Shown: positions 40,048 through 50,116 of the stretch, piece after piece | Layout: each line of letters starts with the position of its first letter | How positions within the stretch are numbered: position 1 is the first letter of the stretch | Source: Octopus bimaculoides | Taxonomy: Eukaryota | Assembly: GCF_001194135.2 (NCBI RefSeq) | Contig: NC_068983.1 | Coordinates: 146,547,430 to 146,611,429 of the forward strand | Reading direction: 5' to 3' | DNA: 64,000 nt | Program-made: the position numbers and the translations under genes | The notes under the pieces: model-generated | What the model was told of the DNA's origin: nothing | What the model saw: only the letters and a program-made list of their open reading frames with translations | Database searches by the model: none

Positions 40048-40461
40048 ATAGGCCAGATATAGTTGTCAGAGATCACCAAAAAAAAAAAGCTTTCTAATCG
40101 ATGTATCACTACCAACAGATGACAATGTTTCTCTAAAAGAAACAGGGAAACTTTCAAAATACAAAGACCTGGAAATAGAGGTAACTCAAATGAAACAGAA
40201 ACAATTCCTTTCATAGTAGGCACATTAGGTATGATAAAAGAATATTCAAACAAAATTCAAACAAATACATAGCAAAAACATCAGGACTAACAAGTCTATA
40301 TAACATACAGAAAATAGCACTACTAGGCACCGCACACTTTCTATATAAAACACTTTCAATACAGTGAAAATAAGAGCATCACAGCAAGCCACAGCACATA
40401 CCCAAGGCACACAGAGCTGCACTTGGTAGTGCAGAGAAAGCACGTTATAAAAATAAGACTA

Positions 40462-40470
<9 letters not shown>
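40048..40470 (+). mobile_element. R4/Dong-like LINE 3' fragment B
   Basis: RPDIVVRD...FLIDVSLPTDDNVSLKETGKLSKYKDLEIEV...IPFIVGTLG (PD-D-K RLE), followed by a (TAA)n tail at 40467-40545. Confidence 0.85.
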
Positions 40471-40531
<61 letters not shown>

Positions 40532-40606
40532 GTAATAATAATAAATTCAACTTTACGATGAAAGTAAACAAACAAAGTTTGTTCTTTTGTTAGAAGCGTT
40601 GAGATG

Positions 40607-40805
40607 TATTGTAAGATACAGAAATAAATTTATTTCTCAAACGCGTGATAATGCTATAAATAGCGTGATCAGGATAAATTATCCATATAATGCAGAAAAA
40701 TATGTTGCCGGCCAGCCTGCATTATATGGATAATTTATCCTGATCACGCTATTTATAGCATTATCACGTGTTTGAGAAATAAATTTATTTCTGTATCTTA
40801 CAATA
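40607..40805. repeat. Near-perfect 199-bp palindrome (89-bp arms, 21-nt loop)
   Basis: 40607-40695 is the reverse complement of 40717-40805 with a single mismatch (G40643 opposite T). Confidence 0.95.
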
Positions 40806-40811
40806 ATAATA

Positions 40812-41045
40812 ATGTCTCAGAGAAATCCAAAAGATTGTGCTGACAAGTGCTGCCCACATCCTTAGAAAAATCTTATCAATTTAAATGTCTGTCTTGTATT
40901 ACATGAAGATATTTTGGTATACCCACAAGCTTTCTGCCCTCAAGCTTTCAGTCATACTGTAAAATTTCTTATCCTACACGCACCTTAGGATGCTGGGTGT
41001 ATCTTGGGAAGTGATTGTAACAAACATGCAGATATAACGTAAATA
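40812..41045 (+). mobile_element. R4/Dong-like LINE extreme 3' fragment C
   Basis: SEKSKRL/EIQKIVLTSAAHILRKILSI* C-terminus, then a 3' UTR and TAA tail. Confidence 0.6.
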
Positions 41046-41068
41046 ATAATGATGATGATGATAATAAT

Positions 41069-41110
<42 letters not shown>

Positions 41111-41112
41111 TT

Positions 41113-44100
41113 GGAATAAAGGCTTTCTTAATGAGGCCCAGATTCAGACAATCAGGAAAAGCCTCTGTAATATCAAGAAGACTAATGCAGGTGGAGATCA
41201 GCAAATGAGTAGCAAGGTGAATTTGTAGTGGAGGATAGACCGGCCAATCAATATAATGTAGAAAACCCTGAAATAAGAGAGGATGTGGCTGAGGAGCAAA
41301 GAAACCCCAAGAAAAGACTCCAGGATATAAGAATTACAAGAACAGAGACCAAGCCAGTGAATCTAAGAAGCTTCGACCGTAACAATGTGAAACACACGAC
41401 CCAAAAACTTGATGAGATTCTGAAACACATTCTGACGAAAAATGTAACAGAAACAAGGGACTTGATCAGGTCTGTTTCAATTTTAGTAAGTGAACTGGTT
41501 GGAAAAAAAGAGAGGAAAGTAGACGGACAGAAGGAGCCATGGTGGAAGTGGAGAATTGAAGGCGATATTCTAACTTTACGTAAAGATCTGAGCCGCATAG
41601 AAGAGTGGTCAAAAGGGCAATGGCAAAATGGAAAAGAAAGTGCAAGGGCATATCTTGATGTGCAGTACCAAATTGAAAAGAAAGGGTTCAAAACTGTCAC
41701 TGAAACCCTAAAACAACATGTGCAGGCTAAAACATTAAAGGTGCAGCACTACACTGACCACATATGGCAGTTCCAGCAAAACCGGCTATTCTCAAACAAC
41801 CAGAGGCAGTTTTTAATGACTTTGGAGGAAACACAGAAGATAATACACCTCCTGAAGCAGAAGAAACCCACCAATTATGGGATAACATCTGGGAGCAAGA
41901 AGTTTCGCACAACTACAGAGCTGAGTGGATTCATTCCGTGAGATCCGAACTCCATCACCCGGAGGCTCTACGACAAAACCATGTGAGCAAAACAACAGAT
42001 GATGTCCTTGCACAGATATCAAACCTGCCAAACAGGAAAGCAACAGGACCAGATGGAATTCAAGGCTACTGGCTCAAGTGGTTTAGGTCAATACACAAAA
42101 GAATTGTGTTGCAATTTGACAATTGCCTACAAGCGGTACAGTTCCAGAGTGGATGTTAGAGGGAAGAGCAACATTGTTAATGAAAGATCGGTCATAGGGC
42201 AATTACCGACCCATTGCTTGTCTTAACCTCCTATAGAAAGTATTAACAGGTACCCTCGCAGGGAAAATATATATGTTCCTTGCAGAAAACAATTGTAGTA
42301 ACGCTGTGTGCATGCGTAGTCTCACGCATGCGTGGAATTCAACAACCAAGCTTTCCCGCTTTGATCTGCCTCTTTCTTGCTGGCCAGCGATTGAGCAAGG
42401 ACGTGTTTAGCTGTCTCTCTCCATCTTTCGAACTTACGCTAGACAGCTCGCTCACATCTACATACCAACGTCCCAACAACCATGCTCACACGCACAGAAG
42501 CCATCTCAACAAACAAGATTAAAGATGTATATTTTTCACCATAAATAAATATTGTTGAGTTGATAGTCTGGAGTTCAGCGTTCCGTTAATTCTTAATTTT
42601 ATATAGGAAAGTCAGGTGTACNNNNNNNNNNNNNNNNNNNNNNNNNNNNNNNNNNNNNNNNNNNNNNNNNNNNNNNNNNNNNNNNNNNNNNNNNNNNNNN
42701 NNNNNNNNNNNNNNNNNNNNNNNNNNNNNNNNNNNNNNNNNNNNNNNNNNNNNNNNNNNNNNNNNNNNNNNNNNNNNNNNNNNNNNNNNNNNNNNNNNNN
42801 NNNNNNNNNNNNNNNNNNNNNNNNNNNNNNNNNNNNNNNNNNNNNNNNNNNNNNNNNNNNNNNNNNNNNNNNNNNNNNNNNNNNNNNNNNNNCCAACATC
42901 TCCAACCATAGTCAACACGACTTACTATGTACACCAAACTAAACCACCGCGGCAAATCTCTCTCTTCGATTCTGTTAGGTGACTTAGCTTCACCACGATA
43001 ATAAACAGACAAGAATTACAGCCTGCGATACTTCCAATTATGTACTCAAGAACTTGGTATAAAACTCTCACGTGTACTGACTTTCTATCTGCTGTAATAT
43101 CTCACATACATATAGACGGCCTGTCTTTTATTATGTTCTTATATGTCGCATTCACACTCTCACATACACATACATCTTTATGCCACACTAAATATCTCTT
43201 GTTATTCATTTCATACGGTTGTCTTTTCTATCGTCTCATTACTGGCTATTTATGTTATCGTAGTACAACATATCATGTATATCATCTTTGATATATTATT
43301 TTGTGTTCAACCGCGTGACACGTTTAAATAAAAGGAGTCCTCTGTTTTTCCATTCGTCACCATTTCTCCTTGTCGTCACTGTAAAACTGGATATCATTAC
43401 CAACGTCAACACCATTACCACCACACATACAGAACACAGCTATAGCAGTTCCTGCGCCGACGTCTTCACCATCAATGTACTGTCTACCACAATGTCGTGC
43501 ACCAACAACCCCACCACCAGGGACACACCAGATCAACACAATCGGTTTTATCTTCACTGTGGAGTGGAATTTATCCACTCAGGCACAACAGTCAGAGCTA
43601 GCCGACTTGGATATTTAATACCAGGTAACAGGTCTCAACTAGCATCCGACGCTCAACTATAGCTCTGCTCACTGACCACGACTTCCTGCGTATTAACATT
43701 CCAAATTTTCTTGTGTAACTTTTATAGAATATTCCGTACCAGGTAACAGGTCACAACTAGCATTCGACGCTCAACTACAGCTCTGCTCACGGACCACAAC
43801 TTCCTGCGTATGGACATACTATAATCTTGTGTAACTCTTATACGAACTGGATTTTTCTCTACAGACACTTCTAATATGTTCTGTGTTTTTTCTCACACAC
43901 ACTTGTGCACTCACACATTNNNNNNNNNNNNNNNNNNNNNNNNNNNNNNNNNNNNNNNNNNNNNNNNNNNNNNNNNNNNNNNNNNNNNNNNNNNNNNNNN
44001 NNNNNNNNNNNNNNNNNNNNNNNNNNNNNNNNNNNNNNNNNNNNNNNNNNNNNNNNNNNNNNNNNNNNNNNNNNNNNNNNNNNNNNNNNNNNNNNNNNNN

Positions 44101-44636
44101 NNNNNNNNNNNNNNNNNNNNNNNNNNNNNACGCATGCGTGGAATTCAACAACCAAGCTTTCCCGCTTTGATCTGCCTCTTTCTTGCTGGCCAGCGATTGA
44201 GCAAGGACGTGTTTAGCTGTCTCTCTCCATCTTTCGAACTTACGCTAGACAGCTCGCTCACATCTACATACCAACGTCCCAACAACCATGCTCACACACA
44301 CAGAAGACGTCTCAACAAACAAGAGCTAAAGATGTATATTTTCCACCATGAATAAATGTTGTTGAGTTGATAGTCTGGAGTTCAGCGTTCCGTTAATTCT
44401 TAATTTTATATAGGAAAGTCAGGTGTACATCTAATGATGTATAACCCACTTTCCACTAAACAATCTTCTGCCAGTAGAACAAAAGGGATGTCGAAAGGGA
44501 TCCAAGGGCACCAAGGATCACCTTGTGATAGACAAGGTTATAATGAAGAACTGTAAATGGTACCAAAAAAGCTTATACATGGCCTGGATAGACATCAAAA
44601 AGGCTTACGGCATGTTGCTGCATTCGTGGATAAGCC
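41113..44636 (+). mobile_element. R4/Dong-like LINE N-terminal region and RT start (fragment D), split by an LTR element
   Basis: EPWWKWRIEGDILTLRKDLS, QFQQNRLFSNNQRQF and RKATGPDGIQGYWLKWF. After removing 42294-44464 the frame reads AENNLLPVEQKGCRKGSKGTKDHLVIDK...AWIDIKKAY. Confidence 0.9.
42294..44460 (+). mobile_element. Non-autonomous LTR retroelement (Gypsy-like termini, no visible coding capacity)
   Basis: Direct repeats 42324-42621 vs 44130-44428. Termini TGTAGT...ACTAAA (one change from ACTACA). 4-bp TSD CAAT at 42290-42293 and 44461-44464. AATAAA inside the repeat. The expected primer-binding site (PBS) and polypurine tract (PPT) fall in N-gaps. Confidence 0.75.
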
Positions 44637-45230
44637 GAGATAATGGCTGCTAAACCATATTGCAGTACTACCTTATCAATCCATTTTTCTGTAAGAAGTA
44701 TACCCACACCCCCAACCCCATCAATGTTCCCTGCCCAGAAAATCTTATACCTATGTTCTTTGACTGTGAGGAACCTAGCAGAACTTCCACTCCACCTTAC
44801 TTCTTGGATGCAGCACAGATCTACATGTCTCCGTTCAAGCATCTCAACAACCTCACCAGACCTACCTTTCAATGTGTCAACATTAAGTGTGCTAACTCTA
44901 AGGGTGTCGAAAGTGTGGGCCAGTGAGACCCTTGGATGGGGGACAGCAGCATCTGAAAAGAAAACTTGTTTGGCAGACCTCATAGACATAAAATAGCCTT
45001 TAACCTATATACACTACACCATCATTTTATGTGCTACATAATCACTACTTTCCTTAGGAGATAAACACTAGGTAGGGGTGGGGGCAGCATTCTGTATAGT
45101 GAACCATTGGCAGTGATCAGGGGACATCTGGCAGTGGTCAGAGGATAAAGACTTCCGCTAAAGGTGGTGGGGTTGGGAGGGGAGTCTGCACAGTGAAATG
45201 GTGAAAGATAAAGAGCACTATACAATGAAA
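44636..45230 (-). mobile_element. RTE LINE 5' fragment (APE endonuclease N-terminus)
   Basis: LRVSTLNVDTLKGRSGEVVEMLERRHVDLCCIQEVRW...YKIFWAG...GVGGVGILL is the APE domain pattern. Confidence 0.9.
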
Positions 45231-45531
45231 TAGAATTGGACCTTTGCCTTCTTAACTATAGTTATAGCTGTAACCCACAGTATGAGGTTAGCCAAACTGT
45301 GACAAAATTAGATAAATAAGTGAATAACAATAATAAATTATCATCATCATCATTGTCGTTTAACGTCCGCTTTCCATGCTAGCGTGGGTTGGACGATTTG
45401 ACTGAGGACTGGTGGACCAGGAGGCGACACCAGGCTCCAATTTGATTTGGCAGAGTTTCTACAGTTGGATGCCCTTCCTAACGCCAACCACTCCGAGAGT
45501 GTAGTGGGTGCTTTTACGTGCCACCAGCATG

Positions 45532-45649
45532 AGGGCCAGTCCAGGAGCACTGGCAACGATTTCGCTCGGATGTCTTATTGGTGAAGGCCACGCTCGAAAC
45601 CAGTAAGACATCCGAGCGAGATCGTTGCCAGTGTCCCTGGACTGGCCCT
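45532..45649. repeat. 50-bp-arm hairpin at the truncated end of a family-C repeat
   Basis: agggccagtccaggagcactggcaacgatttcgctcggatgtcttattggt vs its reverse complement at ~45599-45649, 4 mismatches, 16-nt loop. Confidence 0.9.
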
Positions 45650-46692
45650 TGTCAAATGAGCATGAAGACAAAAATGAGGAAGAATTGGACAGAACATAGG
45701 GTTTAGGGTTTCTTAAGTTGATTATAACGTACGTCAGATTTTCTCCAAAGGTGTATTTACATCTTATGATGTATCATATGTGGTTGAGGATGTTTTTGTT
45801 AGATCTGCAGGAAGTCACATAACTCTCTATCACATTGATGACATTGCCTAAGATAATCACCAAGCTTTCTACAAACATTTAGACCAAGATTCTAACTTTG
45901 TATTTAGCAGAAATATAAGCCAAAAATTATGACCTCTCCTCTAGTTTGCATCTCTCCTTAGCAACACTATTACTCACCAGCTCTTACACCTAGAAATGTT
46001 TTTAGACTTCTGTCAGTTGGAACAGGCGTTTGTTAAAATAGTTGTATACAAGTCTAGCATGTAACAAAAGTTATAGGGAAGATCATCCAAATCTAAGATT
46101 CCCACCTCACCTGACCAATCAGTATATAGGTGTGGTTTTAACTTGTTGAGGGACTTTATCTCTTCTGGTAAGAGTTGCAACAGGCCATCAAAGTAGATAC
46201 TGAAGTTAACTGTCTCTAGTTTTCATCTTCCAGAATAACAAGCCAACTAGGGTGTCACTATGCTGTCACTTGTTAGGTTACTTATACTAGCCAATTCTGT
46301 CTCAAATTACATCCTATTGTCTTAGAAAAAGCAAGGACACAACAGTTTAGTCTTTGTTATTGTAACTTTGTTGTCATGTTGCAACTCTAATACTTTGTGA
46401 CTCTGAACAAAATACACTCCTCCTCATGACTAAGATCACTGGCCTTATTTCAGAAAATGTAACTTCTATGTTTTAAGGTGAATGAGTAAGTGAGAGAAAG
46501 TTCCTCCTTTGCAGTGTTGTACTGGACAAGAATAAAATAGTTCTAGATTTTATGGACTGAAATACTAGAAATCATCTGAAAATACAAACCATATATAAAT
46601 ACAATGACTGCTCATTTCAAGAAGAGAAAGTGTAAGGTCAATACTGGGAGGCAAAGAGTGGTTCAAGAAGGCAGTCATAAATGTTGCTCTTT

Positions 46693-47139
46693 CAAGGCGG
46701 CGAGCTGGCAGAAACGTTAGCACGCCGGGTGAAATGCTCAGCGGTATTTCGTCTGCCGCTACGTTCTGAGTTCAAATTCCGCCGAGGTCGACTTAGTCTT
46801 TCATCCTTTTGGGGTCGATTAAATAAGTACCAGTTACGCACTGGAGTCGATATAATCGACTTAATTCCTTTGTCTGTCCTTGTTTGTCCCCTCTATGTTT
46901 AGCCCCCTAGTGGGCAATAAAGAAACGTTAGCACGCTGGGCGGAATGCTTAGCGGTATTTCGTCTGCCGTTACGTTCTGAGTTCAAATTCCGCCGAGGTC
47001 GAATTTGCCTTTCATCCTTTCGGGGTCGATAACTTAAGTACCAGTTACGCACTGGAGTCGATGTAATCGACTTAATCCCTTTGTCTGTCCTTGTTTGTCC
47101 CCTCTATGTTTAGCCCCTAGTCGGCAATAAAGAAATAAG
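46693..47139 (+). mobile_element. Young dimeric tRNA-derived SINE (family A) with a single 14-bp TSD
   Basis: A-box-like TGGCAGAAACG and B-box-like GAGTTCAAATTCC (46768-46780). Two head-to-tail monomers. TSD AAATGTTGCTCTTT at 46679-46692 and 47140-47153. Confidence 0.9.
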
Positions 47140-47314
47140 AAATGTTGCTCTTTTTAACTTACAAAAAAATCCTGCAACATGTCCTTGTTCATTAGAATCA
47201 TACAAAAGGTAGCAATCAATTATTGTTACTGCAATAACAGAATTCCTCCAAGAAATTTGATTAAGTTCTGAATTACTAAAATCTAAGCCTACTGCAACTT
47301 CAGAAACAGATACA

Positions 47315-48175
47315 TCATTATCATTTCGTGTCTGCTTTCTATGCTGGCATGGGTTAGGCAGTTTGACTGAAATTGGTAAGCTGGAGAGCTGCACCACGTT
47401 CCAGTCTGATTTGGCATGGTTTCTATGGCTGGATGCCCTTCCTAACGCCAATCATTCAAAGCATTTACCTTTTCACTTGGCTTGGCGAGTCTTCTCCAGT
47501 ACAGCATATCGCCAAATGTCTCGGTCACTTATCATTGCCTTCGTGAGGTCCAACGTTCGAAGAGTGCTTTTTACGTGCCACTGGCATAGGTGACTATTAC
47601 GTGACGCCGTCATCAGTCACAGTTACGGTTTCACTTGGCTTGACGAGTCTTCTCAAGCACGGTGTATCGTCCAACTATCAAGGGGGCTTTTATGTGTCAG
47701 TTACGCGAAACTGGCATCGGCCACGACTGCAATTTCACTTGGCTTGGCGAGTTTTCTCAAGCACAGCATATCACCAAGGCTCTCGGTCACTAGTCATTGC
47801 CTCCGTGAGGCGCAATGTTCAAAGATCATGCGTCACCACTTCGTCCCATGTCTTCCTGGGTCTACTTCTACATGTTCCCTCTACAGTTAGAGATCGCCAC
47901 ATTTTACACAGCTGTCCTCGTCCATACGCATTACATGCCCATACCAGCGCAGTTGTCCCTTTTGTGCACCACATCTGGTGCCTCTTATGCCCAGATTTTC
48001 TCTCAAAATGCTCACACTCTGTTGTACATGTACACTGACATTGAACATTCAGCGAAGCATGCTAGCTTCATTTCTTTCAAGCCTACACATGTCCTTAATG
48101 GTCACAGCCTATGTTTCACTGTCGTGTAGCATGGTTGTTCGCACACTGACACAATACACCTGCCTTTCACTCTTA
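47315..48175 (-). mobile_element. RTE LINE 3' fragment with family-C tail
   Basis: Minus strand reads VLSVRTTMLHDSET.AVT...RLERNEASMLR.MFNV, homologous to the other RTE copies. Confidence 0.85.
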
Positions 48176-48184
48176 TGGAGAAGC

Positions 48185-48598
48185 CACCCAGGTGGCTATC
48201 CCCAGAAGAATAAGTGTTTGGAAAAAGAATTAGTGTACAAGGCCAGCATTACTGATTTTTATGGAGCAACGAAAACTTACATTGGAATAGCGTGAAACAC
48301 CTTCAAAGAGAGACATATGCAGCATTTAGCTTCGTTCAGAGACAAAAGCAAAATACACACGACATCTTTATCCAGTATGGTATGGACACGTAAAGAGAGA
48401 AACGTGCACAAACCCCATATAAAATAGAGCATCATAGCTAAGGCTAGGAAATACAGACGACGAGGAAGTAAATGCCAACTCTGCATTACTAAAAAACTAA
48501 ATATCATAACACAATATTGGACGTTTCAAACATTAGGGAAGAAATCTTCTGCCCCTGCATGCACAAACAATAATTCATGCTTCGAAATTTCAAGCATG
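48185..48598 (+). mobile_element. Penelope-like element GIY-YIG endonuclease fragment
   Basis: PQKNKCLEKELVYKASIT...KTYIGIA*NTFKERHMQHLASFR...TSLSSMVW...KCQLCITKK, the VY...YIG / FKER..H / C..C..EK pattern of Penelope endonucleases. Confidence 0.85.
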
Positions 48599-49214
48599 NN
48601 NNNNNNNNNNNNNNNNNNNNNNNNCCCCCCCCCCCTCACTTTGTCACCCCCCCAACTTAGTTAAGTTTTTCTTGGACATCGATTATATTATGCATTATAT
48701 GAATATTATGCATGAAAAACACATTCCCTTATAAAATTACGCTGGATTCATTTAATGAAACACAAATACATGTGCATTGCACATATTCGGGACATCACAT
48801 GATTCACTTAAATAAAATACTTATATGCATGAACTCATAACTTTACAATCCCATGGAGCAAATTTGGTGTCAAAATCTGTGAAATCTTACAATTATGTGC
48901 ACGTACTCAAACACGAACAAAATGTATAATGCAGCTGAATACGCGCGCGCGCGCGTATACACATACATTACCTATTTTAGATAATACTTTCACTATAGAC
49001 TTCCAGTAACGCATGCGTAATGATGTACAGTGACTGGCTGGAGTTAGCTGCACCATACATATACATATGAGCATTACAGATTTTCTTTCCTCATAACTTA
49101 CAGAAACATGGATATTTTTCAATGAAATTTTTAATTAATATGCTTCAGATGGTGTAGATTCCGATTGTATTTAAATCTGTTCTGAAATAAAGTTTTCAAA
49201 GAAGAAAAAATGTA

Positions 49215-49394
49215 ATGTATGTCAGTATGTATGAGTGTGTAGTGGCGCGAAATTATGAATCAACAAGTATTACAGACTTTAAAGGGAACGCTGTTAACGT
49301 CATGGATACTGCAACCACACCCATTAACAGCCCTGTCACCACCACCAACACCACCAAGACTACCACTGCTACCACCGCCATCACCAATGCCAGC

Positions 49395-49431
<37 letters not shown>

Positions 49432-50111
49432 GCAGGACACCGGCCGTCAACACCGAAACCACCACTACTTCGACAAACTCTGCTGCGACTACCACCACCA
49501 TTGAACCTGGCAGTACCAACACCACTGTCAACACCACCATCAACAACTACAACAAGATGAACAAGATAAACAACACCACAACCGCTACAAAAAACATATC
49601 TGCCAGCACCACAAAAATAAATTTTGCCGATGCAACTAAAGAAAAAAGAACAATAATAACATTCATCCAAAACCAAATTAAAGATACAAAATCCCTTCTC
49701 ACGAAAGAAGGTGACAACGTACAAATACACATTCCAAAAGAAATAATCGAAAACACAAAAAAGAAGTACATAACATACAGACTTACCAACACGAAAACAA
49801 AGCGACCGGAGAATTTTACCACCGAAAAGATTGAAATTTGTCTCAAACCTATATGGCCCTTTCAAAACCATGTTACTTGGGGGCGCACGTTCGCCACCGT
49901 TCAAGTACGCTTTCAGAGCGAAGACTTAGCAAAGCAATTTTCGACACTCTCTCTCCACACAGATGACTTAGTGATGATACCGAGTTATCTTGGACAGAGA
50001 GTGACGAAGGTGACAGTAAAGAATGTCTCTTCAAAAGTGGAGAAGCAGTCTATAATATCTGCTATATGCCTCGAAATGGAGGAGGCAAATATACTAGAAA
50101 TTGCTGCGTAG
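49215..50111 (+). CDS. Open 298-aa ORF: Thr/Asn low-complexity N-terminus plus a putative RRM-like domain; probably a truncated LINE ORF1
   Basis: Uninterrupted frame, A/C-rich coding strand, in-frame (AAC)n. The C-terminal half (ITYRL...WGRTFATVQVRFQSEDLAKQFS...PSYLGQRVTKVTVKNV) has the beta-alpha-beta pattern of L1/Tx1-type ORF1 RRMs (inference). The stop lies 6 nt before the satellite. Confidence 0.55.
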
Positions 50112-50116
50112 GCAGT

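Noticed and set aside
45700-46300. HIDDIA motif suggesting a decayed RT
   Set aside because: Only one short motif with no surrounding RT motifs recoverable, so too weak to call.
46693-46790. tRNA gene suggested by A/B boxes
   Set aside because: No cloverleaf or anticodon arm. It is a SINE head with a 3' body, tail and TSD.
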